Positions 17,353-26,383 of a stretch of DNA of 64,000 bases are shown in pieces. Below the pieces are notes generated by a model. It had not been told where the DNA came from. It was given only the letters and a program-made list of their open reading frames with translations, and searched no databases. The number at the start of each line of letters is the position of its first letter. The first letter of the stretch is position 1. The stretch spans positions 20,195 through 84,194 of the forward strand of contig PKTK01000003.1 in assembly GCA_002869165.1 (NCBI GenBank), given 5' to 3'. This DNA is from Candidatus Parcubacteria bacterium. GTDB lineage: Bacteria > Patescibacteriota > Patescibacteriia > Patescibacteriales > UBA12075. The position numbers and the translations under genes were made by a program.

Positions 17353-17820
17353 TTAGCAGTTCAGGTTTTCAAAAATACGGTTTTCGCTCAAGGCAAGCAC
17401 CTCGACCATAAACTGAAGATCAAGAATAAGGCCTCGGTTGTCCAGTGCTTTGAGAAGACAGGCTTCGTCGGCAAGTTCAGGCAGGCCTGAGAAAGCGAAA
17501 AGTCCGATTTCAAAAAGATGGATACCACCACCCCATTTGCCTTTTTCCGGATCTCTTGAGGGGTAACTGGAAAGATGACCCGGATTGTCGACCATCTGCT
17601 GGATTTTCCGGTAGGCTGTATCATAGTATTTCTGTGGATCGCCCTCAATTTCGCCGATCTGGGCAGAGGCAATGATATTGCCGTCGATGTCTGCACATAC
17701 CAAAATGCCACCGGTTTTCCCCTTGGGGTTGAATTCCTTACACCCGGAAATAAATGCATTCACGGCATTTGTCATTTCTCCCTTCAGCAGTCCAAATTCC
17801 TCTTTCAAATCAATTGCCAT
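17353..17820 (-). CDS. G+C-rich GlcG/DUF336-like (heme-binding-like) protein, cargo of the right module
   Basis: KWGGGIHLFEIGLFAFSGLPELADEACLLKAL resembles the GGG...G(V/F)SG...D(E)AC core of GlcG/HbpS-type proteins. SD AGGAGGT. Confidence 0.6.
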   Translation of the reverse strand: MAIDLKEEFGLLKGEMTNAVNAFISGCKEFNPKGKTGGILVCADIDGNIIASAQIGEIEGDPQKYYDTAYRKIQQMVDNPGHLSSYPSRDPEKGKWGGGIHLFEIGLFAFSGLPELADEACLLKALDNRGLILDLQFMVEVLALSENRIFENLNC

Positions 17821-17932
17821 TAGTAATACCTCCTGATTATATTGGTTTTGTACTACCTAATATTGCTTATCGTTTTCCGCAGCCGGGGCAAAGGCCATTC
17901 GATGACTGCATATGCTCAATTGAGCCGTGAAC

Positions 17933-18322
17933 CTAGCATTCAGCTTCAGGTGCTTCTTTGGGCGGCGGTGTGTAGCGGCAAGAATAGTATTCGACTGAAA
18001 AAGACGGGCGCAATTTTTCAATTTCTTGAATTGCTTGGGCTTCGTCATAAAAATCACCGGCCTTTTGCTTTATAGAATAATCTAATACAACGCCATCTTT
18101 GGCAATATTTCTTGCTTCTTCGGTGAGTTCCACGATTACTTCGGCAGTCGGATCAATATATCTTTTGACCGTTCCGTCTTTCATTTTTTCGTGAACGACA
18201 ATGACTGCGTCTGAATGTTCAATGGCAATTCCGAACGTGAGTATCGGAAAAATCTTATCCATAAAGAATTTTTCAATCTCAATATTCTTTTCTTTACTTC
18301 CGCCTTTCAAAATAACCTTCAT
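17933..18322 (-). CDS. G+C-rich hypothetical protein, first cargo gene of the right module
   Basis: The ATG at 18322 (MKVILKGGSKEK...) is preceded by ACGGAGGA. The longer track ORF that starts at 18421 would begin inside the promoter. Confidence 0.6.
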   Translation of the reverse strand: MKVILKGGSKEKNIEIEKFFMDKIFPILTFGIAIEHSDAVIVVHEKMKDGTVKRYIDPTAEVIVELTEEARNIAKDGVVLDYSIKQKAGDFYDEAQAIQEIEKLRPSFSVEYYSCRYTPPPKEAPEAEC

Positions 18323-18388
18323 CTTTGTATCCTCCGTATGTTTTTGATGTGATTTATACACAAATAAAATGATCAAACACGATATATA

Positions 18389-18417
18389 AATATAACATAA
18401 ATATCTATAAATGTCAA
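18389..18417 (-). promoter_or_regulatory. Promoter of the right cargo module
   Basis: On the minus strand: TTGACA (18417-18412), a 17-nt spacer, then TGtTATATT (-10 at 18394-18389). Confidence 0.6.
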
Positions 18418-18504
18418 TCAATGTTCAAATCCGGTCAGGGGTCACAAATTTCAACAAAAAAAATTACCTAAAATTAGATAAGTTTTTTTGATATTTTTAT
18501 GCTC
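18406..18504. repeat. Right-module copy of the roughly 100-bp repeat, abutting tRNA-Asn
   Basis: 18442-18504 is identical to 16186-16248 and overlaps the last 3 nt of tRNA-Asn. 18423-18446 (GTTCAAATCCGGTCAGGGGTCA) looks like a plus-strand tRNA 3' half. Confidence 0.8.
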
Positions 18505-18573
18505 CCGGGGTCGGATTCGAACCGACGACCAATTGGTTAACAGCCAACTGCGCTACCGCTGCGCTACCCGGGA
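18502..18573 (-). tRNA. tRNA-Asn (anticodon GTT)
   Basis: Cloverleaf by hand: acceptor TCCCGGG/CCCGGGA, anticodon stem GTTGG/CCAAT with loop CTGTTAA, and T-arm GTCGG-TTCGAAT-CCGAC. No encoded CCA. Confidence 0.9.
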
Positions 18574-18637
18574 ATACATTCAATTGTCAATCAAGAATTA
18601 CTAATTATCACGCCCAAGGCGGATCCTGCTTTAAATT

Positions 18638-18829
18638 ATGATAAATAAGCTGGAAAAATTAAAAAGTAATTCAAAATTAAAAACCGCCGAATGGCTTATT
18701 TATAAGCTTTTTGGCAGTGTTTATATCATAATTTATTTTTTTATTTTAGTCAAGGATGTAATTTTTGCCCTCTATGCGGGTAAGATAATGGATTTGATAA
18801 TGTATTTCGTCTATCATTTTGACTTATAG
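18638..18829 (+). CDS. Small hydrophobic hypothetical protein
   Basis: ORF only, with one or two predicted TM segments and no SD. Confidence 0.35.
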   Translation: MINKLEKLKSNSKLKTAEWLIYKLFGSVYIIIYFFILVKDVIFALYAGKIMDLIMYFVYHFDL

Positions 18830-18876
18830 ATAATGTAGAATTTAAAAGCACCTGAAGGTTTTCAGGTGCTATGGGG

Positions 18877-19653
18877 TTATTCCCAGTTTATTTCGTTTTT
18901 ACTAGTTTCTTGTTCTAAGAATTTAAGGATAATTTCCTCAGTTGCTGGCTTTAAATGGTTACCAGTTTTTGGGTTACGTCCTGGAAAAGGGAATAGAACT
19001 ATTTTTTTACCTTGGAGGCCATACCAAAATTTTGAGTTACCTGATTTTTTGTCAATCGGATTTCTGTAATCAATTTTGGGAATGTTTTTATGAACTCCTT
19101 GTTTATTCCAATAATCAATTTCTTTTTTTACTTTTTGATTTATTCGTTTCAATGAAGTGTTGTACATATATCCTTCATAATTTGAATTGGAAAAGTAGAA
19201 CCCTTGCATGGTTTTAATATAATACTTATAGTGGTCCATGCTTTTAAAGTCAAAATAACTAGTTTGAGTATTATATAAAACAATCAAAGGAGCTAATACT
19301 GCGATTAAAAATATGTGTCGGATAACAAAATACTCGGTAAAATTATAAGAATTTTTGAAATAAATTCTCGCTTTTTCTATATTGTTTTCTATTTCTCCTT
19401 TTTTTCCGTTATAGCGTTGATCAGAAACATAAAATTGATAAGATGCTGTTATGACTAATAGTATGCCTAAGTCTATTAAAATAAAAAAGCCAGGAGCGGA
19501 CAGAAGAGTAATTATCAACTTTTTTTTGTAGTCTGTTGACCATTCTAATCCGTAGCCCCAACTAAATACACCAAATGACATAAAATTTGCATGGAGTAAT
19601 GATAATTCGACAATAGTAATTATAAGTAATATTGACCATTTTACATATTTCAT
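18877..19653 (-). CDS. Membrane hypothetical protein
   Basis: GGAGGTG SD, about 4 TM segments and a basic C-terminal domain. A hairpin terminator (GCACCTGAA/TTCAGGTGC) lies at about 18848-18870. Confidence 0.6.
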   Translation of the reverse strand: MKYVKWSILLIITIVELSLLHANFMSFGVFSWGYGLEWSTDYKKKLIITLLSAPGFFILIDLGILLVITASYQFYVSDQRYNGKKGEIENNIEKARIYFKNSYNFTEYFVIRHIFLIAVLAPLIVLYNTQTSYFDFKSMDHYKYYIKTMQGFYFSNSNYEGYMYNTSLKRINQKVKKEIDYWNKQGVHKNIPKIDYRNPIDKKSGNSKFWYGLQGKKIVLFPFPGRNPKTGNHLKPATEEIILKFLEQETSKNEINWE

Positions 19654-19875
19654 GGAGGCACCTCCGCAATATATTTTTTAAGGAACTTTTTTATTAAATT
19701 AATATTGAATATTAAGACATTAAACGAAGTTTGTCAATTTAAATTAATTATCTTTTTCTTATAAAGAAAAGAGAATAAAAGAAGTTGATATTGACAGAAA
19801 TGATAAAATATGTTAAATATTAGTAAATATAAAAACAGCTTTTTCGTTATTTCACAATAAAAACAGAGGTATATT

Positions 19876-20205
19876 ATGAATAAAACATCATTTTTTGTTT
19901 TTATTTTTTTGAGCTTTATTCTTTTTTGTCAGACAGCTTATGCACAAAATCTTTATGTTTATTTGATGGAAGCGGATATAGTCTCACAACAAGAAATAGA
20001 TGGTGTAAAAGTAGTTACTACCATTCATCATTCTTATTCAGACGTAATTCAAAAAGAAAGTCGTGAAGAAATGGAATCGTGGATCAAGAAGGCAATCAAA
20101 AAAAGATTTCCCAAAGAAAAAGGCTTCATTAACCAGCACTTTAAATTTTATTTTTTTATTAGAGACATTAAAAAAAAGACGGCAAAGCCAAAAATTTTTG
20201 TTTAG
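19876..20205 (+). CDS. Small secreted hypothetical protein
   Basis: AGAGG SD and a signal peptide ending AYAQ. Confidence 0.55.
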   Translation: MNKTSFFVFIFLSFILFCQTAYAQNLYVYLMEADIVSQQEIDGVKVVTTIHHSYSDVIQKESREEMESWIKKAIKKRFPKEKGFINQHFKFYFFIRDIKKKTAKPKIFV

Positions 20206-20215
20206 AGGGGGATGA

Positions 20216-20524
20216 ATGCAGATTGAGTATATTGGGTTTGAAAGTTTTCGAGGAGTAACCCAGATAGCCATTCAAATTTCTATAAAAGAAGTGGATGGGT
20301 TGATCGAGTTTGCAAAATCCAAAGAAGGTTTAGAAAATTTTTTCACTCCTTGCGTTCGTTTGATTGGAGAAGATCAAGTTGCCGTAGGTTTTCATCCTAC
20401 ATTTTTTGGTAGAGACAATCAAGCAGAAAATAATGCAAAACAGCTTTTAGAAGAATTTTTAAAAACTAGAAAATTATTTATTGGAGATAGCTATGAACAA
20501 GGAGGAGATATTAATAGGGATTGA
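20216..20524 (+). CDS. Hypothetical protein
   Basis: GAGGGGGA SD; ends in TGA. Confidence 0.5.
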   Translation: MQIEYIGFESFRGVTQIAIQISIKEVDGLIEFAKSKEGLENFFTPCVRLIGEDQVAVGFHPTFFGRDNQAENNAKQLLEEFLKTRKLFIGDSYEQGGDINRD

Positions 20525-20648
20525 ACATTTGGCAACTGAAGCAGAGGATAAATTTCAAACTATCTCTGAATTGCTTTTAGCGGTAAAAGAAGCAATTGAA
20601 AATGGCATTGAAGAGGAAGCTCTTGATAATATCCTTGATGTATTCTAA
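20493..20648 (+). CDS. Small acidic helical protein (51 aa)
   Basis: My translation is MNKEEILIGIEHLATEAEDKFQTISELLLAVKEAIENGIEEEALDNILDVF*. GGAGA SD; overlaps the preceding ORF; a hairpin follows. Confidence 0.4.
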   Translation: MNKEEILIGIEHLATEAEDKFQTISELLLAVKEAIENGIEEEALDNILDVF

Positions 20649-21032
20649 ATTTTTAAGCCCTTGGTATTTATACCAGGGGTTTTTGTTTTGACTTATTTTG
20701 TTATTTATGTTAAAAATAGCTATTAAAACAATAGAATCGTTCATTTAAATATAAGGAGAGAAAATGGGAATAAAACTTACTTTTTTGGTTATGGGAGGCT
20801 AATTTTACGGTTTGTATCCTGTCAGAGTATGTAGAATCAATTCTTTTAATTATTTGGGTGCCTATGATATGTGGTGCTTTGTTGGTTCAAAATTAATATG
20901 GGTAAGCAATTTATAATGGTTGATTGGACAAAGCTTTTTTAAAAAGAAAAACGTAATAAAGTATTTATTAGAGAAACATCGAAGTGTTGCAATGAAAATT
21001 GGCATATAATTTTGACCAATAAGGAGATAAAA

Positions 21033-21275
21033 ATGCTTAGATCAATAAATGTAGCGAACCTTCTGATAATACTTGGTGTTTTTGGAACATGTACTGTAAC
21101 AGGATATTTCGCACCTTTCCCATTGTCGCTTATTCTTGGCATTATTGCTGCGTTTTATTTTTTTCCAAAGATTAAAAAAACAATTGACTTCCACGAAGGT
21201 ATTGGAATGATGCTTGTTCTCATTCTTATAATTCTTGGCTTGGTTGCGGGGTTGCTTGTTCGGTCATTTTTTTGA
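21033..21275 (+). CDS. Small two-TM membrane protein
   Basis: The ATG at 21033 is preceded by AAGGAGA. The track start at 21012 is a TTG. Confidence 0.55.
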   Translation: MLRSINVANLLIILGVFGTCTVTGYFAPFPLSLILGIIAAFYFFPKIKKTIDFHEGIGMMLVLILIILGLVAGLLVRSFF

Positions 21276-21309
21276 GCGAAGAACCAACAGAATTAGTTTA
21301 GAGAATATT

Positions 21310-21504
21310 ATGAAAGAAAAAGAAAAATTAGAAAAGCAAAAAGAGCCTGATGCATCGATTGATGATTCAGTTGACCCTTTGGAAGTATGGGGAGAAAAAG
21401 CTCTCAAAAATAGTCGAGTGGATCGTGATGATGCCATAGAGCGTGGAGTAAAAGGAACAGCTGGTATTATTGAAAATTTGGAAAGAATATTTCCGAATAA
21501 ATAA
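21310..21504 (+). CDS. Small hydrophilic hypothetical protein
   Basis: Internal ATG (MKEKEKLEKQ...). A bidirectional terminator (ACGGCTAATTCG/CGAATTAGCCGT) follows. Confidence 0.45.
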   Translation: MKEKEKLEKQKEPDASIDDSVDPLEVWGEKALKNSRVDRDDAIERGVKGTAGIIENLERIFPNK

Positions 21505-21559
21505 TTTAAAAAACGGCTAATTCGTGTAAACGAATTAGCCGTTATTTTTTTTTAAAATA

Positions 21560-21964
21560 TTATTTTACAATATCAAATTTAGTTCCGTTCTTTTTTAGTC
21601 TAGATATTCTTAATTCTTTTAGAAATTTCTCCCGGCTTACATTTTCTATATCTTCGAAATCACAATCCAGAAATCCATCAACGGAATCTCCTTTGCTGAT
21701 GTTTAGTTTTTTACTGAGAGCATCGAAGAAGTAATTGTCTACTAAACACATGATAAATGTTTTGACAAGCATTAGGGCTAACACGGGGATTACTATGATG
21801 ACAAAAAGATCTCCGACAATATAGAGAAAGTCGTGGATGGACACATTGATGATATTGGTTGCATGTAAGGCAGTGGCAATAACAAAAAGAAAAGATATTA
21901 ATATGAAAAAATGAAAACAAAATCTTAGGTATTCAATTATTCTTATAGCAATCAATCTGTGCAT
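21560..21964 (-). CDS. Membrane hypothetical protein
   Basis: ORF with 3 TM segments and a charged C-terminus. Confidence 0.55.
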   Translation of the reverse strand: MHRLIAIRIIEYLRFCFHFFILISFLFVIATALHATNIINVSIHDFLYIVGDLFVIIVIPVLALMLVKTFIMCLVDNYFFDALSKKLNISKGDSVDGFLDCDFEDIENVSREKFLKELRISRLKKNGTKFDIVK

Positions 21965-22045
21965 TTTTTCCTCTTTATTTTTTTGTTTATAAAATGAGCA
22001 TATTTAATGATTAACATTGATTGTGAAAAAGGTCAAATTATTTAT

Positions 22046-22074
22046 TTGACAATATTTAAATATTATGTTAATAT
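22046..22074 (+). promoter_or_regulatory. Consensus promoter of a short stand-alone transcription unit
   Basis: TTGACA (22046-22051), a 17-nt spacer, then TGtTAATAT (-10 at 22069-22074). Confidence 0.55.
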
Positions 22075-22080
22075 ATAAAA

Positions 22081-22345
22081 TTAATAAAACTGTAACGTTT
22101 TTACTAGTAATACGTTATATTATATAAGAATTTAATTAAAATTTAATTTTAAATCTATGGAAATCCGTAGAAATAACAATTCAGAAATGAAAACCCCAAA
22201 TTATATTGGGCTTGTTTTTGTTGCTTGTGCAACCAAGACTTTGCCTTGTTTGGGTGGTTTATTTGTGAATTGTAGTTTTATACGGAATTAAGATTTTCCA
22301 AAGACAAATAGTCCTCCTTAACTAGGCAAAGCGCCTAGTTTTTTG
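22081..22345 (+). other. About 265-nt unit ending in a terminator: either a small RNA or the mRNA of a 44-aa Cys-rich peptide (22157-22291)
   Basis: Promoter at 22046-22074 and terminator CTAGG-CAAAGCG-CCTAG plus T6 at 22322-22345. The enclosed ORF MEIRRNNNSEMKTPNYIGLVFVACATKTLPCLGGLFVNCSFIRN has no SD. Confidence 0.35.
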
Positions 22346-22393
22346 TTTGTTCTTTAAAAAATGAATTAAGGTTAATTTTAACCTCACCCCAAC

Positions 22394-22416
22394 CCTCTCC
22401 TTAAAACATGGAGAGG
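22394..22416. repeat. G+C-rich hairpin element (CCTCTCC...GGAGAGG)
   Basis: Lies within AACCTCACCCCAACCCTCTCCTTAAAACATGGAGAGGAG, upstream of the MFS gene. Confidence 0.6.
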
Positions 22417-22438
22417 AGAAAAAGAAAAGGAGGACAAA

Positions 22439-23674
22439 ATGTCGAAAAGAATTGTTAGAGTTTATTGTGTGATTAGATTTATGTATGGTTTGTCAATTGC
22501 GTTTTTCTTTGCAACTTATGTAATTTTCTTAACCGGTGCTGGACTCGATCTGTTTGAGGTAAATTTGATCAATGCGATATTCATGATCACAAACTTTTTA
22601 ATGGAGGTGCCAACAGGAATAGTAGCGGATGTGTATGGGAGGAAGAGATCACTAGTATTGTCTTGTTTTGTAACTAGCCTCGCGTTGTTTGTCTACTTTA
22701 TTTCAGATTCATTTTGGTTCTTTGCTCTGGCAGAGGTGGTTGCTGCGATTGGTCACTCTTTGTGTTCAGGGGCGTTCAAAGCTTGGATGGTTGATGAGGT
22801 GAATGCTACTAGTGAAGGTTTTGATATTAGACGGGCCTATCGAGCAGGAAAATTCAGTGATTGTTCAGGGATTCTTATTGGCGGAGTTGTTGGCGGATAT
22901 ATTGGGCAGACAAATATAGCTTTGCCCTGGCTAGCTTCCTCGGTACTTCTTTTTGTGACCGGCATAGTGGCAATATTAATTATGAAAGAGCTTGCCTGGC
23001 AAAAGAAAGAAGAAAATGAGAGAAGTTATAAGCTCATGTTTAAGACCTTGAAGTTTGGTATCAGTCTTTGCAAGACAAGTCCGGCGCTTGTATTTGTAAT
23101 GAGCCTTGGCTTTGTCTGGGGTTTTGCACTTATGCCATTCAATATGTATTGGCAACCTCGTTTCAAAGTATTTGGACTGGAAGTGTATCAGCTCGGTTGG
23201 ATGTATTTTGGCATAGTGTTGATGGTGATGTTGGGGGCAGTATTAAGTGCTTATGTTTTTCAAGTATTCAAAAGCAATAAAAGATCGATCTTTTTTACTT
23301 TTTGTTTACTAGCATTTGGTATGCTTATGTCAGCTTGGGCGAATACTTTGTCGTTTGGTTTAATCATGTTTTATATCCATGAAATAGCCAGAGGTATGTA
23401 TGAACCTTTATTGGATGATTATTTAAACAAGCGGATCGAAAGTGGTGTTAGAGCTACCATTCTTTCCTTCTATTCAATGTTAACAACTTTTGGAGCGTTT
23501 TGGGGGCTTCTGGTTTCTGGACAAATTGCCAAGCATTATAGTATTGAATCAGCCTGGACATTTTCTGGGATAATTGTTATTTTGTTTGTATTGTTCTTTA
23601 TATTGAAGGGAGTGAAAAATGAAAAGAAGATATTTTTTAAAGAAGGCATCAGAAAAAGAGTTCAAAAAAGTTAG
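22439..23674 (+). CDS. MFS-type transporter
   Basis: About 12 TM segments, with GIVADVYGRKRSL as the MFS loop 2-3 signature. AAGGAGGA SD. Confidence 0.85.
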   Translation: MSKRIVRVYCVIRFMYGLSIAFFFATYVIFLTGAGLDLFEVNLINAIFMITNFLMEVPTGIVADVYGRKRSLVLSCFVTSLALFVYFISDSFWFFALAEVVAAIGHSLCSGAFKAWMVDEVNATSEGFDIRRAYRAGKFSDCSGILIGGVVGGYIGQTNIALPWLASSVLLFVTGIVAILIMKELAWQKKEENERSYKLMFKTLKFGISLCKTSPALVFVMSLGFVWGFALMPFNMYWQPRFKVFGLEVYQLGWMYFGIVLMVMLGAVLSAYVFQVFKSNKRSIFFTFCLLAFGMLMSAWANTLSFGLIMFYIHEIARGMYEPLLDDYLNKRIESGVRATILSFYSMLTTFGAFWGLLVSGQIAKHYSIESAWTFSGIIVILFVLFFILKGVKNEKKIFFKEGIRKRVQKS

Positions 23675-23792
23675 CGCGGAAGAGTATTCTAAAGCAGAGA
23701 AAGAAGCTCGCATTCCTTCTTTGTCAAATAGTAACAAACCGGTGACAACTTATTTTAGCTATCGTGGAGTGATAGGAAGAGTAGAAGAATAA
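23619..23792 (+). CDS. Small basic protein (57 aa) overlapping the MFS 3' end
   Basis: My translation is MKRRYFLKKASEKEFKKVSAEEYSKAEKEARIPSLSNSNKPVTTYFSYRGVIGRVEE*. AAGGGAG SD. The terminator AAAACCCCTTGAG/CTCAAGGGGTTTT follows. Confidence 0.35.
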   Translation: MKRRYFLKKASEKEFKKVSAEEYSKAEKEARIPSLSNSNKPVTTYFSYRGVIGRVEE

Positions 23793-23835
23793 AAAATAAA
23801 ACCCCTTGAGTATAAACTCAAGGGGTTTTTAAATT

Positions 23836-24024
23836 TCAAATTTTTTGGCTAAATAATCCTAAATCTTTTTTAAGATACATAAACCTGATAATGTCGCTTT
23901 TGTTTACCTGGTCGTTTGGAGATGCTAATACACAAATACCTTTGTTTTTTCCAAAAAGATGGACTGCTGTAGTGTGTGGAGAGTTAATAATTGATAAGAC
24001 TTCCATTGTATTCGTTTGTAACAT
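23836..24024 (-). CDS. Small hypothetical protein
   Basis: ORF with an AAGGAGAA SD. Confidence 0.4.
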   Translation of the reverse strand: MLQTNTMEVLSIINSPHTTAVHLFGKNKGICVLASPNDQVNKSDIIRFMYLKKDLGLFSQKI

Positions 24025-24111
24025 CTCTTTTCTCCTTGTTGTTAATGTGCGGATTTAAGAAAGTGCATGATTGTTAAAAATAATTTAACATAAAATTAGC
24101 GGTTTGTTAAG

Positions 24112-26211
24112 TTAGCCAGCTAAATAATTGTCAGTATCCATGCGACTGATCTTTTCTCTCAAAGCTGGATAAATTTTTAGATCAGAATCTTCTTTGATGA
24201 TTTTTTCTGCTTGGTCTTGAGCGTTTTTGATCAGAATGTGATCAAAAAGATTAGCAACCTTAAGATCAGGAAAACCCTTTTGAGCAGTACCAAACACTTC
24301 ACCAGGTCCACGCATTTTTAGATCCATTTGGGCAAGTTGGAAGCCGTCACTGGATTTGACCAAGGCGCCTAGTCTTTCGAGCGAGTCTTTGTTTTGGCTT
24401 TCTGTGAAAAGTAAGCAGTAAGATTGATGCTCACCTCGACCGACCCGACCACGAAATTGGTGGAGTTGAGCCAGACCGAAACGTTCAGCGTCCTCTATCA
24501 TCATAATAGAAGCATTCGGAATATCAACTCCAACTTCGATTATGGAAGTTGAGACTAGAATGTTAGTTTCATTATTAATAAAACGATTCATGATGTCGTC
24601 TTTTTCTTTGGCTTTTAGTCGTCCATGTAGCATTTCAATATTCAAGTTTGGGAAGATATTTTTGCTCAGCCTTTCGTATACTTCTTTGACAGATTTTACT
24701 CCGAGTTTGTCTGATTCGTCTATGAGTGGACAAACTACAAAGGCTTGTCGACCTGACTTTATTTGATTGCGAATAAATACGTAGGTATCATTTCGATTGG
24801 TCTCGTAGACCAGTTTGGTGGTGATTGGTTTTCGGTTTTTGGGTAATTCTTTAATGATAGAAATATCCAAATCGCAAAATAAAGCCATGGCAAGAGAGCG
24901 GGGGATGGGTGTAGCTGTCATGGAAAGAAAGTGTGGAGTGGTATCAGGGTTACCGGATTTGTTTATAAGTTCTTTTCTTTGTTCCACGCCGAAACGATGT
25001 TGTTCATCAATTATAACAAGACTTAGGTTTTTAAATTCCAAAGATTCTTGGACCAAGGAATGTGTTCCTATCACCACGTTGACTTCATGATTTTTTATGG
25101 CTTGGGTTATTTTTTTCTTGGTAAATTTTTCCTCTATCTTTGTTCGTGGGTCAAAGATATATTGTTCACTGCGAGTAAAAAGACCTAGGTTGATATTGGT
25201 GTCGGAGTATAATTTTTTAATTCCTTCATAGTGTTGTTTAGCTAGAATTTCGGTTGGAGCCATGAGAGCTGACTGCGCTTCTAATTTATCATTTAAAGCA
25301 ACGTTGAGCATGGCAATGGCGGCGACTACTGTTTTGCCACTACCTACGTCACCCTCAAGGAGTCTGGTCATCGGAGTAGATTTTTCCAAGTCTAGTAGTA
25401 TTTGCCAAGCGGACTTTTTTTGATCATCAGTAAGAGTAAAGGGAAGAGAGTCTACGAATTTTTTGGTTTCTTTCTCCAGGAAGGGAATCCCTTGGGCCTT
25501 GGTTGATTCTTTTTGCAAACGGGCAATTTGTGCTCTCATTTGCAGTAAAAATAATTCATTGAAAGCTAAACGCTTCTTGGCTTCTTCTATATCTTTCAAA
25601 GTTTTAGGAAAATGGATTTTTTGGATAGCATCACTGATGTCTAGTAGTCTCAAATCTCTTTTGACCTCGCCAGGAAGCCAGTCAATGATTTCCCTGGCCT
25701 TGTCTATGACCTGTTTGATCAAAAATCTCATTTGTTTCTGGGTCACACCATAGGTTAGGCGATAATTTGGAATAAGCCCCTGAGTGTGGATGGGTCCCTG
25801 ATAGCCGATTTTTTCAAACATGGGAGAATTCATAACTATCCCCAGATAGTCACTTTCAACTTTGCCAGCCAGCGAGATCTTGTCTCCAGGTTTCAAGCTC
25901 TTAATGATAAAAGGCTGATTGAACCAGATCACCCGAAGTTGTTCCGTATCATCTGTGATTAGCGCTTCGGTAATGTTCATGCGTTTACGCGGAGATTTTT
26001 TATTTTGGATAAGTTCGATTGTCCCAACTACATTAGCATTGGTATTAATCACCAAGTTATTTATCTTAGTGACTTGCGAATAGTCTTCATAACGAAAAGG
26101 CAAGTGCATCAAAAGATCCTGCACAGTTTCAATGTCCAGTTTAAGAAGTTTCTTCCCAGTGGTTTCGCCAACCCGGGGAATAGATTTGATGCTTGAATTA
26201 AGACTTGCCAT
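24112..26211 (-). CDS. recG: ATP-dependent DNA helicase RecG
   Basis: Wedge domain plus helicase motifs GDVGSGKT, DEQHRFG, TATPIPR and QLHQFRGRVGRG. The start is set at MASLNSS (26211), because the upstream 21 codons translate a repeat hairpin. Confidence 0.95.
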   Translation of the reverse strand: MASLNSSIKSIPRVGETTGKKLLKLDIETVQDLLMHLPFRYEDYSQVTKINNLVINTNANVVGTIELIQNKKSPRKRMNITEALITDDTEQLRVIWFNQPFIIKSLKPGDKISLAGKVESDYLGIVMNSPMFEKIGYQGPIHTQGLIPNYRLTYGVTQKQMRFLIKQVIDKAREIIDWLPGEVKRDLRLLDISDAIQKIHFPKTLKDIEEAKKRLAFNELFLLQMRAQIARLQKESTKAQGIPFLEKETKKFVDSLPFTLTDDQKKSAWQILLDLEKSTPMTRLLEGDVGSGKTVVAAIAMLNVALNDKLEAQSALMAPTEILAKQHYEGIKKLYSDTNINLGLFTRSEQYIFDPRTKIEEKFTKKKITQAIKNHEVNVVIGTHSLVQESLEFKNLSLVIIDEQHRFGVEQRKELINKSGNPDTTPHFLSMTATPIPRSLAMALFCDLDISIIKELPKNRKPITTKLVYETNRNDTYVFIRNQIKSGRQAFVVCPLIDESDKLGVKSVKEVYERLSKNIFPNLNIEMLHGRLKAKEKDDIMNRFINNETNILVSTSIIEVGVDIPNASIMMIEDAERFGLAQLHQFRGRVGRGEHQSYCLLFTESQNKDSLERLGALVKSSDGFQLAQMDLKMRGPGEVFGTAQKGFPDLKVANLFDHILIKNAQDQAEKIIKEDSDLKIYPALREKISRMDTDNYLAG

Positions 26212-26227
26212 AGTTTTTTTATATATT

Positions 26228-26253
26228 GTCATTCCTGCCTTCGCAGGAATGAC
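26228..26253. repeat. G+C-rich hairpin element GTCATTCCTGC-CTTC-GCAGGAATGAC
   Basis: Perfect 11-bp stem. It produces the spurious VIPAKAGMT N-terminal extension of recG in the ORF track. Confidence 0.8.
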
Positions 26254-26383
26254 AAAAAAATGGAAGGTGTACAATATTTAGTATAGAGTTGATAGTTTTT
26301 TTAGTCAAAAAATAAACCAAAGAGTAAAATTAAAATAATTCAATAAAAAAAGACTAGCTTATCTAGTCTTTTTTTGTAAAATT

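Noticed and set aside
15335-18573. Integron-type cassette array
   Set aside because: There is no intI gene and no attC-like GTTRRRY boundaries that I can see. Each module also has its own promoter, unlike promoterless integron cassettes.
20764-20925. Tiny SD-preceded ORF MGIKLTFLVMGG* followed, out of frame, by a hydrophobic stretch (EANFTVCILSEYVESILLIIWVPMICGALLVQN), possibly a frameshifted small membrane protein
   Set aside because: It is too short and ambiguous. No start is in the right frame, and I have no way to distinguish a frameshift at the T-run from chance.
26212-26274. N-terminal 21-aa extension of recG (MYTFHFFVIPAKAGMTIYKKT)
   Set aside because: It is the translation of the GTCATTCCTGC..GCAGGAATGAC repeat hairpin. 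The conserved RecG sequence begins at MASLNSS.
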